Positions 20,483-31,250 of a stretch of 64,000 bases of DNA are shown one piece after another. The translations under genes were made by a program, and so were the position numbers. The stretch lies in contig JANNXA010000010.1 in NCBI GenBank assembly GCA_031409275.1, positions 64,001 through 128,000 on the forward strand. Direction: 5' to 3'. Position 1 is the first letter of the stretch; each line of letters begins with the position of its first letter. The stretch is from Planctomycetota bacterium. GTDB lineage: Bacteria; Planctomycetota; B15-G4; SIAN01. Under the pieces are notes generated by a model. It was not told the origin of the DNA. It made no database searches and worked only from the letters and a program-made list of their open reading frames with translations.

Positions 20483-20821
20483 TCACTCCGACCGCGGCGC
20501 GCCGCGGTCGACGGGCAAGGAGGCTTGGAGGCCGTGATCGCCGCCCGGCTCGTCGATCCAGTTCTCGCCGGTCCAGAACCAGGTCGAATTGAACAACAAG
20601 ACGTCGCCTACGACGGCGACCGCGTAGACCGGTGTCAGGACGCCGGTGACGAGGAAGAGCGACTCCTGAGCCCAGTCGTTCTCCCAGTGGTCGTTCCAGT
20701 GCCAGACGCGGCGCGTGGCGGCGAACGGGCCGTAGCAGCCCGGCGTCATCGCAACCGCGACGAGGCCGAGCGCCAGCGCCGCGCGACGCAGCAGAGGCGA
20801 ACGGAAGCGGGCAGGCGACAT
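20483..20821 (-). CDS. DUF3332 family lipoprotein (short)
   Basis: GCYGPFAATRRVWHWN...PVY...GDVLLFNSTWFWTGEN; ATG 20819-20821. Confidence 0.8.
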   Translation of the reverse strand: MSPARFRSPLLRRAALALGLVAVAMTPGCYGPFAATRRVWHWNDHWENDWAQESLFLVTGVLTPVYAVAVVGDVLLFNSTWFWTGENWIDEPGGDHGLQASLPVDRGAPRSE

Positions 20822-20905
20822 GCGCGGCTCCTTTGGAAGCGGAGCCGGCGGGCCACGTCCGCAGACGCGACCCGCCGGCAATCGGATCAAACGTGAGTCA
20901 GGAGC

Positions 20906-21388
20906 TCAGCGCGCCGCGACGAGGGAGACCTCGCCGTTCGCGCGGGTGGCCGCCGCAGCGACCTCGTTGCCGGCGACGTCGTGCATGACGGTGCCGGACT
21001 CGGTGCGGTCGAGCGTGTAGGTGCCGATCACGAGGCCCGCCTCGAGGATCTCGACCTTGATCTGGTTCTCGGCGACCTTCTCCATGCGCAGGTCATGGCT
21101 GTCGTCGAGCTTGCTGACCGTGACGGAGTTCATCGGGTTGTTGCCCGTCCAGAACTCGATCGAGTTGATGATCAGGCCATCGATGAACACGCAGATGCCG
21201 TAGACCGGCAGGATGACGCCGGTGATCAGGAAGACCACCTCGTTGCCCCACTTGGAGCCCCAACCCTCGGTCCCGCACACCGAGCCGTTCCATGCGTGGA
21301 GCTTCTTGGTCAGCGCGAAGCTGCCATAGCAGCCGGTCGAGAGCACCGCGGCCGCGAGCGCCAGGCCCCACTTCGACGAAATCCGCAT
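20906..21388 (-). CDS. DUF3332 family lipoprotein
   Basis: STGCYGSFALTKKLHAWN...PVYG...DGLIINSIEFWTGNNP; AGGAG RBS, ATG 21386-21388. Confidence 0.85.
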   Translation of the reverse strand: MRISSKWGLALAAAVLSTGCYGSFALTKKLHAWNGSVCGTEGWGSKWGNEVVFLITGVILPVYGICVFIDGLIINSIEFWTGNNPMNSVTVSKLDDSHDLRMEKVAENQIKVEILEAGLVIGTYTLDRTESGTVMHDVAGNEVAAAATRANGEVSLVAAR

Positions 21389-21628
21389 GCCGATTCTCCT
21401 CGTCTTTAAGACTCGCAGCCGACGCGAAGTGGCGCATGCCACGAGGCGCGATTGCGAGAAGCGATGGGGAGAGGCTCTTCCCCGCCCCCCTTTGCCAATG
21501 GCGAGGAATGGTAGCGAGGCCGGCGCCGCTGCCCAACGGACTGGGTGGCGCTTACACTCGCGCGGCCGCGCCAGCAATCACGAGGGGGTCTCGTGGCCGC
21601 AACGCGCCAACCCAAAGGACTTCTTTCG

Positions 21629-22048
21629 ATGACTCGTGCTCATGGCCGTGGTTTCGCCCTGGCCGCAACGCTTGCTCTCGCGTCGCTCGGCGGCTGCTCC
21701 CTCTTCGGCCAACCCACTCAGGTCGTGCAGGTCACGGCGACCGATCCGACCGCCGAAATCACCATCGACGGGGCGTTCGTCGGCAAGGGTGCCGGAACCT
21801 CCTCCCTCGCGCGCGATCGGACTCACACCGTCATGGCTCGAGCCGGCGATCGCGTCGGGACCGCGGTGATCGATCGCAAGATCTCCACGACCGGCATCCT
21901 CGACCTGGTCGGGACGCTCTTCTTCCTCTTCCCGATCCTGGGCGTGCTCGGCGACGGCTTCTGGGACCTCTCTCCGCAGACCCTGATGATCACGCTGCCG
22001 CCCGCTCCGGCCGCGCCCCCCTCGACGCCGCCCACCTCGGGCTCCTGA
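21629..22048 (+). CDS. PEGA-like domain lipoprotein
   Basis: Lipobox LGGC; AEITIDGAFVG PEGA-like strand; hydrophobic hairpin ILDLVGTLFFLFPILG; AAGGA RBS. Confidence 0.7.
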   Translation: MTRAHGRGFALAATLALASLGGCSLFGQPTQVVQVTATDPTAEITIDGAFVGKGAGTSSLARDRTHTVMARAGDRVGTAVIDRKISTTGILDLVGTLFFLFPILGVLGDGFWDLSPQTLMITLPPAPAAPPSTPPTSGS

Positions 22049-22063
22049 GCGGAACGAAACAAC

Positions 22064-22097
22064 CGCGCCCGCCCTCGAGTCGTCGAGGGCGGGCGCG
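22064..22097. terminator. Bidirectional intrinsic terminator-like hairpin
   Basis: Perfect 15 bp stem CGCGCCCGCCCTCGA-GTCG-TCGAGGGCGGGCGCG between convergent genes, flanked by GAAAC and GTTTC. Confidence 0.75.
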
Positions 22098-22137
22098 CGC
22101 GTTTCACTCTTGCCGCAAGCCTCCGAAGCGGTGTGCG

Positions 22138-22478
22138 TCAGTTGCCGTAGACGTGGACCGTGAACGTCTGCCAGACGCCGAGCACGTTGAACACTTCGTA
22201 GTCGGCGTAAGCGACCGAACTCATCCCGGCGTCCGTCGCGATCTTGGCGATCGCGGCGTCATCCCAGGAAAACGACCACTGTCCGGCGATCGGAATGTTG
22301 AGGAACCGGGTCTGCGAACTCGAAGCCTTGGCCGTCGCTGCTCCGGTCGGATTCCCACCGAAGCTCGTCGTGAGCGGCGCCTTGACCTGCGCGAAGATCG
22401 CGCCGCCAGGCGGCACCACGTCAGACCCAACGCGCGCAGCGCCGCTTGCGACCGATCGAATCGCCCGCGCTGCTGCAT
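22138..22478 (-). pseudogene. TRL-like family lipoprotein gene with apparent frameshift/deletion in the signal peptide
   Basis: C-terminal frame VVPPGGAIF...SWDDAAI...YADYEVFNVLGVWQTFTVHVYGN is TRL-like; the ATG with RBS (22476-22478) is out of frame (341 bp to stop). Confidence 0.5.
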
Positions 22479-22522
22479 CGCTCGCTCCATCGGCGCCTCG
22501 TTCGGTGCTCGCGGCGTCCGGC

Positions 22523-23590
22523 TCACTTCTTCGCGAGCTTCCGCACCTCAGCGGTGACGAGGTCACCGATCTCGTTGGTCTTGTGGTCGCCGGCAGAGAG
22601 GCTCTTGATGCGGCCGCTGGTCAGCAGCGCGGCGATCGCCTGATCGACCTGCGCGGCCGCCGCCTTCTCGCCGAGGTAGTCGAGCATCATTCCGCCCGCG
22701 TTGATGGCTGCGAGCGGGTTGGCGACGTTCTTGCCGCGGTACTTGGGCGCGGAGCCGTGGATCGGCTCGAACATCGACGTCTTGCCGGGATGGAGGTTGC
22801 CGGAGGCCGCGATGCCGAGCCCGCCCTGCACCATCGCGCCGAGGTCGGTGAAGATGTCGCCGAAGATGTTGGGCATCACCGCGACGTCGAACGACTCGGG
22901 GTTCTTCACCAGCCACATGCAGGCCGCATCGATGTAGGCGTGGTCGGTCTCGATGCCGGGATACTCCTTCGCCACTTCGGCGAAGGTCCGCGTCCAGATC
23001 GCCTGCGGGCGCACGGCGTTGGCCTTGTCGACCAGCGTCAGCTTGCGCCGCTTGCGCGACTTCGCGATCTCGAAGGCGTAGCGGATCGCCCGCTCGCAAC
23101 CCTTGCGGGTGTAGAGCATGGTGGCGACCGCCACCTCATCGGGCGTCCCCTCCTTGAAGATCCCGCCGATGCCGGTGTAGGCATCCTCGGTGTTCTCGCG
23201 CACGACGACCATGTCGACGTGCTCGGGCTGCTTGTCCTTCAGCGGGCAGAAGCGCGCGTCGTAGAGCTTGATCGGGCGCAGGTTGATGAAGAGGTCGAGC
23301 TTGAAGCGCAGGCCGGCGATGACGGCGCGCTCGAGCATGCCGACCTCGAGGCGAGGATCGCCGATGGCACCGAGGTAGACCGCGTGCTGCTGGCGGTACT
23401 CGTCGAACGCGGAGTCGGGGTGCGCGACGCCGGTCTTCAGGAAGTGGTCGGCGCTCCACGGATAGAGGGTCTGCTTCAGCTTGAAGCCGTGGATCTCCGC
23501 AAGCGCGGTCACCACCTTCAGCCCTTCGCGGATCACCTCTTCGCCAATGCCGTCGCCCGGGATCACCGCGATCGAATATTCACGCGCCAC
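22523..23590 (-). CDS. leuB: 3-isopropylmalate dehydrogenase (isocitrate/isopropylmalate/tartrate dehydrogenase family)
   Basis: IPGDGIG, LGAIGDP, NLRP, VRENTE, DKAN, NIFGDIFTD, FEPIHGSAP; exact substrate not certain. Confidence 0.8.
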   Translation of the reverse strand: MAREYSIAVIPGDGIGEEVIREGLKVVTALAEIHGFKLKQTLYPWSADHFLKTGVAHPDSAFDEYRQQHAVYLGAIGDPRLEVGMLERAVIAGLRFKLDLFINLRPIKLYDARFCPLKDKQPEHVDMVVVRENTEDAYTGIGGIFKEGTPDEVAVATMLYTRKGCERAIRYAFEIAKSRKRRKLTLVDKANAVRPQAIWTRTFAEVAKEYPGIETDHAYIDAACMWLVKNPESFDVAVMPNIFGDIFTDLGAMVQGGLGIAASGNLHPGKTSMFEPIHGSAPKYRGKNVANPLAAINAGGMMLDYLGEKAAAAQVDQAIAALLTSGRIKSLSAGDHKTNEIGDLVTAEVRKLAKK

Positions 23591-23678
23591 GTTGCTCTGC
23601 TCCGTTGTTTGCGCCGGCGAATCGCCGCGCGTTGATCCTGCCAGGACCGGGCCTGCCGGACCGGGCCTGCCTGCAGTG

Positions 23679-24908
<1,230 letters not shown>

Positions 24909-24912
24909 CCCC

Positions 24913-25698
24913 TCACTCGCCCTTGAACTGGGCGGGACGCTTCTCGAGGAAAGCGGCCATTCCCTCGCGCATGTCGCTTGTGGTGCAGAGCAGGCCGAAC
25001 AGGTTGCTCTCCGCGTTCAGCCCTTCGTCGAGCGGCATGTCCATGCCGCGGTAGCACACTTCGAGCGCGAAGCGGACCGCGACCGGCCCGCGCGCCAGGA
25101 TCTTGTCGAGGATCTCGCGCGTCTTGGCGATCAGCTCGGTCGGCTCGAAGACGTGGTTCACCAAGCCGATGCGATGCGCCTCGGCGGCGCCGATCGGCTC
25201 GCCAGTGAGGATCAGTTCCATCGCGCGGCCGATGCCCACGAGTCGCGGCAGCCGCTGCGTGCCGCCGTAGCCCGGGATCACGCCGAGCTTCACTTCGGGC
25301 AGACCGAGCAGCGCATTCGTCGACGCCGTGCGGAAGGTGCAGGCGCTGGCGAGCTCGAGACCGCCGCCAAGGCAGAAGCCGTTGATGGCGGCGATGACCG
25401 GCTTGCCGAGCCGCTCGATCAAGGAGAAGAGCTCCTGGCCGACGCGCGCGATCGCCTTCGCGCTGAGCGGCGTGTTCTCCTTCAGCTCGCGGATGTCGGC
25501 GCCCGCAACGAAGGCCTTCGGACCGGCGCCCGTCACCAGGACGCCGCGCACCGAAGCGTCGTCGCGCGCGACGGTGAAGGCGGCGCGCAGTTCGCCTAGC
25601 GTCGCCTTGTTCAGCGCGTTCAGCGCCTTCTCGCGGTTGACCGTGATGGTCATCACCGCACCGCTCTGCTCGACCAACAGGTTCTCGTAGTTCGCCAT
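24913..25698 (-). CDS. crt: Enoyl-CoA hydratase (crotonase)
   Basis: AFVAGADI, GGGLEL, PEVKLGVIPGYGGTQRL. Confidence 0.92.
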   Translation of the reverse strand: MANYENLLVEQSGAVMTITVNREKALNALNKATLGELRAAFTVARDDASVRGVLVTGAGPKAFVAGADIRELKENTPLSAKAIARVGQELFSLIERLGKPVIAAINGFCLGGGLELASACTFRTASTNALLGLPEVKLGVIPGYGGTQRLPRLVGIGRAMELILTGEPIGAAEAHRIGLVNHVFEPTELIAKTREILDKILARGPVAVRFALEVCYRGMDMPLDEGLNAESNLFGLLCTTSDMREGMAAFLEKRPAQFKGE

Positions 25699-25740
25699 CG
25701 TTTCGCTCCGGTCGTTTCGGTCAGTGGAGTGCGTCTGGAA

Positions 25741-26721
25741 TCAGCGGCCGTCATTCGCCGCGGGCGCGAGCGGGCGGATCTTCAGGATCGTGAGGCGTTG
25801 GCGCGGCTTGCTCGGCCCGCTGTCGGGACCGCCCGGCACCATCGCGCATGGCACCTCGGCGATCGCGTCGAGCGTCTCGAGTCCGCTGGTGATGCGACCG
25901 AACGCCGCATAGTTGCCATCGAGCACCGGCTGATCGCGATGGCAGAGGAAGAACTGGCAGCTTCCCGAATTCGGGTCGGCCTTGTGCGCCATCGAGAGGG
26001 TGCCGCGCAGATGGCGCGGGGAGTCCTCGCCACGGCCCGCTTCCAGGCGCAGTTGGCGCGGCCCGTCGCCGCTGCCATCGCCGTTGGGGCAGCCGCCCTG
26101 CACGATGAAGTTCTTCACCACGCGATGGAACGTCAGGCCGTCGTAGAAGCCGGCCTCGGCGAGGTCGAGGAAGTTGGCGACGGTCGCCGGCGCTTGCGCC
26201 GAGAAGAACTCGAGATCGATCGGGCCGAGGTCGGTCTCGAGGCGCGCCCCGTAGCCGCTCCAGTCGCGGCGCACATCGAGCAGCAACGCGGTGGCGGCGA
26301 CGCCCGCTGCGGTGAAGTCGAGCGTGACGCTTCCCGGCTGCTCGAAGAGATCGGGAAAGAGCGGCGCGATGTCGATCGTTGCCGACAGCGACGCGCCGCT
26401 CGGCAGGAGGAGCGGCTGCTGCGCGCCACCGGGAGCGTTGCGTTCCGATGCGGCGCGCACGCTGCCGTCGGCGCCGCGCGCGCTCAGCCCGGCGCCAAAG
26501 AGCAGCGCGTTGTGCAGCGCCAGCGAGGCGCGGCCGCGGTTCTCGACGCCGACTCGCACGCGCAGCGGACGGCCCGCGACGCAGAGCTTCTCCTCGAGCG
26601 CCAGCGTCACCACCACCGGACTCACCGAGGCAGGCGCCGCCGGTTGCTGCTGCGGAACGCGAGCGGGCGCCGTCGCCGCGAACGCGACCGCCGCGAGCAG
26701 CGCGAGAGCTCGCCGCCTCAC
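25741..26721 (-). CDS. Secreted cyclophilin-type peptidyl-prolyl isomerase with N-terminal extra domain
   Basis: Signal peptide; FYDGLTFHRVVKNFIVQGGCP, LSMAH, SGSCQFF, YAAFG; GTG 26719-26721 overlaps the upstream TGA. Confidence 0.9.
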   Translation of the reverse strand: MRRRALALLAAVAFAATAPARVPQQQPAAPASVSPVVVTLALEEKLCVAGRPLRVRVGVENRGRASLALHNALLFGAGLSARGADGSVRAASERNAPGGAQQPLLLPSGASLSATIDIAPLFPDLFEQPGSVTLDFTAAGVAATALLLDVRRDWSGYGARLETDLGPIDLEFFSAQAPATVANFLDLAEAGFYDGLTFHRVVKNFIVQGGCPNGDGSGDGPRQLRLEAGRGEDSPRHLRGTLSMAHKADPNSGSCQFFLCHRDQPVLDGNYAAFGRITSGLETLDAIAEVPCAMVPGGPDSGPSKPRQRLTILKIRPLAPAANDGR

Positions 26722-27590
26722 GCCTTCACCTTGTCGCCTTCCCACTCGTAGAAGCCCTTGCCGCTCTTGCGGCCGAGCTTGCCCTCCTTCACCATCTGCT
26801 TCAGCAGCGGCGAAGGCTTGAAGGCGGGGTCGTTCGGGAAGCGCTGGTGCCAGCCTTCCATGATCGAGAGCGTCGTGTCGAGGCCGACGTAGTCGAGCAG
26901 CTTGATCGGCCCCATCGGGTGACCGCAGCCGAGCTCCATCCCGATGTCGATGTCGCGGAAGGTCGCGTCGCCGCGCTCGACCATCAGCACCGACTCGTGC
27001 AGCAGCGGCACCAGCAGGCGGTTCACCACGAAGCCGGGCGTGTCCTTGGCGAGGATCGGCGTCTTGCCGACCTTCGCCCCGAACGCGCGCGCGGCCGCGA
27101 CGACGTCAGGCGCCGACTTCGCGCCCTGGATCACCTCGACGAGCTTCATCAGCTGCACCGGGTTGAAGAAGTGCAGGCCGACGAAGCGGTCGGGTCGGCC
27201 GCTGGCGGTGGCCATCTCGCCGATCGGGAAGGAGGAGGTGTTGGAGGCGAAGATCGTCTCCTTCTTGCACAGCTTCCCGAGCTCGGCGAAGAGCTTCTTC
27301 TTGGCGTCGAGGTTCTCGACGATGACCTCGATGATGAGGTCGCACTCCTTCAGGTCGGCGAGGTTCGTCGTCGACTTCAGGCGCGCCTTGGTCGCGTCCG
27401 CGGCCTCGGCCGGGAGCTTGCCCTTCTCGACCAGTTTCGCGAGAGAGCCGTGGATGCGGGCGAAGCCCTTCTGCGCCAGCTCGGCGGTGACCTCATGGAC
27501 CACCACGTGGCAGCCGGCGGTGGCCGCGACCTGCGCAATGCCGGAGCCCATCAGACCGCAACCGACGACGCCGACCTTCTGGATGTCCAC
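26718..27590 (-). CDS. 3-hydroxyacyl/3-hydroxybutyryl-CoA dehydrogenase
   Basis: GCGLMGSG, ASNTSS, GLHFFNP, GFVVNR, PMGP, GRKSGKGFY. Confidence 0.95.
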   Translation of the reverse strand: MDIQKVGVVGCGLMGSGIAQVAATAGCHVVVHEVTAELAQKGFARIHGSLAKLVEKGKLPAEAADATKARLKSTTNLADLKECDLIIEVIVENLDAKKKLFAELGKLCKKETIFASNTSSFPIGEMATASGRPDRFVGLHFFNPVQLMKLVEVIQGAKSAPDVVAAARAFGAKVGKTPILAKDTPGFVVNRLLVPLLHESVLMVERGDATFRDIDIGMELGCGHPMGPIKLLDYVGLDTTLSIMEGWHQRFPNDPAFKPSPLLKQMVKEGKLGRKSGKGFYEWEGDKVKA

Positions 27591-27712
27591 GGATCACTCC
27601 TTGGCGAGCCGCACCCCGGGTTCGGGGCGCGAAAAGGGGCCGGGATCATGCCAGAGGCCGCACAGGCAAGGAAGGCGCCCGGAGTGCGGTCCGCGTGGTG
27701 TCGCCGTCGGGT

Positions 27713-29959
27713 CTACGGTCCGCCGCCGAGCCGGAAGCGCTTCAGCGTGACCGGCTCGAGCGCGGCCGCGCCTTCGACGAGCCGGTAGACCGCGTCGAGC
27801 GCCGGGCCAGGCAGCGTCTTCTCGGTGCCTGAACCCGGCCAGCGCACGTGGATCGCAGTGATGGCCGTGGCGTCGCCGAGGCCGATCTCCTGCTGCAGCG
27901 ACGAACTGCCGAAGCTGCCGCCGGTGTTGCAGACCAGATGGATCGAGCGCGGGCCCGCGGGAGTCGTGACATCGACGCGAATGCGCGCGCCGATGGCGCT
28001 GCGATTCGCCTTGACGCCCTGCAGCCGCAGCGTGATCCAGTGGTTCTCGTTGCCCGGGTTCTCGAACAGCGCGCTCGGATAGAAGTCGCTGGTCACGAAC
28101 CCGCCCATCTCCTCGAAGAGGTCCTGGTCACCGTCGTTGTCGAGGTCGCCGAACGCGACGCCGTGCCCCTTCTGCAGGTGGCCGAGGCCAGCGGCGGTGG
28201 TGATGTTCAGGAAGCCGCCCGCCCGGTCGTTCAGGAATGCCTGATTGGGCACCAGCGCGCCAAGGTCGGGCCCGCCATTCCCGAGATAGATGTCGAGCCA
28301 TCCGTCGTTGTCGAAATCGCCGAAGTTCGACCCCATGGAGAGCACCGCGCGATCGACGCGCGCCGCCTTGGAAACGTCCGCGAACTTTCCTCCTCCAAGG
28401 TTGTGGTAGAGGCTCGGCATCTCGAGCCCGTCGACCTGGCGCCCCACCATGAAGGTGCCCACGGTGTCGAACGTGCCGCCGTTGAAACCGGCGTTCGACG
28501 CCACGAAGAGGTCCTGGCGCCCGTCGTTGTCGTAGTCGAAGAACCAGCACGGGAAGCTCATGTTCGGTTCGGAGGTGCCGGCCACGCGGGTGACGTCGAC
28601 GAAACGGAAGCCGGGTGAGCCCGGCGTCGGGTCGGGCTCGTTGCGCAGGAGCACGTTCGACAGGGCGCGCCGCGACACGAACAGGTCCGGCCGGCCATCG
28701 TCGTCGAAATCACCAGCGATGATCCCCTTCACCATCGCGCACTGGTCGAATCCGACACGGGTGCCGACCTCGGTGAAGGTGCCGTCGCGTCGGTTCCAGT
28801 ACAGCTCGCACGAGTGGTTGCGGCCACCGCGAGACGACTCGTTTCCGATCGCGAGATCGAGCCAGCCGTCACCATCGAAATCGGCGAAGGTCGCCGTCTG
28901 GGTCGGGTGGTAGCTCAGGACTCCAGCCGCTTCGGTGACATCCTCGAAGGTGCCGTCGCCGCGATTGCGCAGCAGCGAGTTGGGGATTCGACCCATGTCC
29001 TGCAGCCACGCGCCGCGCAGCACGAACACGTCCTCGAAGCCGTCGTTGTCGTAGTCGGCATGCACTAGATTGAGCCCGCCGCACAGCACGTCGATGCCGG
29101 CCTCGCGCGCGCGATCGGTGAAGGTGCCGTCGCCGTTGGAGTGGAAGAGCCGCAGCGGATCGGTCCACCCCATCGACGAAGTGAGGATGTCGAGGTTGCC
29201 GTCGCGATCGAAATCCTCGACGCAGACGCCGCCGGAGATGGTCGCCACCGCGAGACCGCATTCGACGGCGACGTCGCGCCAGCGCGGCACTTCGGCCTCG
29301 GACGCGAATCGCTCCTCGCCGATGCGCCAACGATCGGGCACGCCATCGGGCCAGTTGCCCAGCGTCATGTGCGCGAGGTTGAGCAGCCAGCGCGCCTCGT
29401 CATCCTTCGGAGAGCGGGCAAGGATCCGCTCGAACACCTCGATCGCGCGCTCGGATCCGCGCCGCTGCGAGTGCTGTCCGCCGCCGTCGATCGGCGCGAG
29501 GCACGACTGGCAGCAGTGCTGGCCGAGGCAGTTCTCCTGCTCGCCGAGCCGCAACCACCCCACGCCGCGCCAGCGCTCGATCTGCGCCGCGATCCGGTCT
29601 CGTGTTTCCGCGGTGGCGAGCGGGAGCGCCGCGGCCGCGCGGTCGAGTTCCTCGATCCCCAACTCGGTGTCGCCGGCCTGGATCTTCTCCGTCGCCAACC
29701 GCAGCCGCATCTCCGCCTCGCGCGGCGATCCGATCACGCTCTTCACGCGGCGCTCGAACAGGACGACCCGTTCGCGACTCATGAAGTTGTTCTGATCGGG
29801 GTCGGCGGAGGCTTTGCACTCGGCCAGCCGCTCCGCCATCCGCAGCGTCGAGGGATAGGGCACGGTGGGTGCCGTCACCGCGGTTGGCGCAGTGGGCGCC
29901 GGCTCCGTTTGCGGAGCCGCTGCCCGCAGCAGCGCGGAAAACAGCAAGGCGACGATCAT
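27713..29959 (-). CDS. CRTAC1 family protein (TPR-like + FG-GAP repeats + ASPIC/UnbV)
   Basis: Repeated D[FYL]DxDG motifs, KGHGVAFGD, C-terminal NRSAIGARI...GGSFGSS...IGLG...VRWP; ATG 29957-29959. Confidence 0.9.
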   Translation of the reverse strand: MIVALLFSALLRAAAPQTEPAPTAPTAVTAPTVPYPSTLRMAERLAECKASADPDQNNFMSRERVVLFERRVKSVIGSPREAEMRLRLATEKIQAGDTELGIEELDRAAAALPLATAETRDRIAAQIERWRGVGWLRLGEQENCLGQHCCQSCLAPIDGGGQHSQRRGSERAIEVFERILARSPKDDEARWLLNLAHMTLGNWPDGVPDRWRIGEERFASEAEVPRWRDVAVECGLAVATISGGVCVEDFDRDGNLDILTSSMGWTDPLRLFHSNGDGTFTDRAREAGIDVLCGGLNLVHADYDNDGFEDVFVLRGAWLQDMGRIPNSLLRNRGDGTFEDVTEAAGVLSYHPTQTATFADFDGDGWLDLAIGNESSRGGRNHSCELYWNRRDGTFTEVGTRVGFDQCAMVKGIIAGDFDDDGRPDLFVSRRALSNVLLRNEPDPTPGSPGFRFVDVTRVAGTSEPNMSFPCWFFDYDNDGRQDLFVASNAGFNGGTFDTVGTFMVGRQVDGLEMPSLYHNLGGGKFADVSKAARVDRAVLSMGSNFGDFDNDGWLDIYLGNGGPDLGALVPNQAFLNDRAGGFLNITTAAGLGHLQKGHGVAFGDLDNDGDQDLFEEMGGFVTSDFYPSALFENPGNENHWITLRLQGVKANRSAIGARIRVDVTTPAGPRSIHLVCNTGGSFGSSSLQQEIGLGDATAITAIHVRWPGSGTEKTLPGPALDAVYRLVEGAAALEPVTLKRFRLGGGP

Positions 29960-29999
29960 CGGGGACTCCAAGCCCGGCGCACGAAAGCGACCGCTGGTG

Positions 30000-31250
30000 C
30001 TAGTCGTAGCGCAGCGCCTGGATCGGGTCGAGGCGCGCGGCGCGGTTCGCGGGATAGAGGCCGAAGACCAGCCCGATCCCGGCGGAGACACCGACGGCGA
30101 TGGCGATCCACGCCAGCGGCAGCACGAACGGGAACGACAGCAACTGCGAGACGCCGCGCGCCAGGCCAAGCCCGGCACCGACGCCGATCGCGCCGCCGAT
30201 CGTGGTGAGTACGGCCGCCTCGATCAGGAACTGCAGCAGGATCTCGCGGCGACTGGCACCGATCGCTTTGCGGACGCCGATCTCCTTCGTCCGCTCGGTC
30301 ACCGAGACCAGCATGATGATCAGCACGCCGATGCCGCCGACCATGAGGCCGATCGACGAGATCACCACCAGCACCAACCCGATCGGGCCGGTGATCTTCT
30401 CGGTGAACTCGACCGCGGCGTCGGCCGTGGTGATGGCGAAGTCATCCGGCTCGCCCGGCGTGAGGTGGTGGCGCGCGCGCAGCACCGCGCGCACCGCCCC
30501 GACCGCATCCTCGAGCCGATCGGGCGCGCTCGGGAAGACGTTGAATCGCATCGATTCCCAGCGCGACAGCAGGCGCCGCTCGTAGGCGGTGTAGGGCATC
30601 ACCGCGAAGTTCTCGAACAGGCCGCCGAAAAGGCTGTCGTATTTGGCGAAGACGCCGACGACCTCCCACTCCTGGCCACTGATGCGCACCGTCTTGCCGA
30701 CCGCATCGTCGCCCGGGAAGACATCCTTGGCCGTCGCCTCCGCCAGCACGCAGACCGGCCGCGCCGATTGCAGCTCGCCTTCGGTGAAGAAGCGGCCGCT
30801 GGCCAGGTCGACGCGCTGGATCTGCTGGAAAGCGAGGTTGGTGCCCATCACGAAGATGAGGCGCGCTTCCTTGTTGCCGTGCTCGACCGAACGTCCTTCG
30901 CCTTGGTCGTAGCGCACCTCGATGTCGCCGACCTCTTCGAGCGCGGCGATCGCCTCAGCGTCGAGCTCGGTCAGTTTGCGGCGGTACTGATCGTCGCCGT
31001 CGCCCTCGTCCAGATGGCTGAATCGCTGCACCGAGAAGAGCGGCACATCGCCGCCCTTGATGTCGTCGCGGATCTTCTGCGTGAGACCCGAGAGGATCGA
31101 GACCATCCCCATCGACGTCGCGACGGCGATCGAGACGCCGAGCACGACGAGCCCGCTGCGCAGCCGGTGCTCGACCAGAGTGGAGAGCGCGAGGCGGACG
31201 CCCTCGAGGACGTGGTCGAAGGTGAGGCGTTTCTTGAAGCGCTCACTCAC
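30000..31250 (-). CDS. MacB/FtsX-like ABC transporter permease
   Basis: VGGIGVLIIMLVSVTERTKEIGVRKAIGA, FGLYPA, LDPIQALRYD. Confidence 0.93.
   Translation of the reverse strand: MSERFKKRLTFDHVLEGVRLALSTLVEHRLRSGLVVLGVSIAVATSMGMVSILSGLTQKIRDDIKGGDVPLFSVQRFSHLDEGDGDDQYRRKLTELDAEAIAALEEVGDIEVRYDQGEGRSVEHGNKEARLIFVMGTNLAFQQIQRVDLASGRFFTEGELQSARPVCVLAEATAKDVFPGDDAVGKTVRISGQEWEVVGVFAKYDSLFGGLFENFAVMPYTAYERRLLSRWESMRFNVFPSAPDRLEDAVGAVRAVLRARHHLTPGEPDDFAITTADAAVEFTEKITGPIGLVLVVISSIGLMVGGIGVLIIMLVSVTERTKEIGVRKAIGASRREILLQFLIEAAVLTTIGGAIGVGAGLGLARGVSQLLSFPFVLPLAWIAIAVGVSAGIGLVFGLYPANRAARLDPIQALRYD

Noticed and set aside
23644..23671. 14 bp tandem duplication GGACCGGGCCTGCC x2
   Set aside because: Real but only two copies; most simply a slippage duplication with no functional clue
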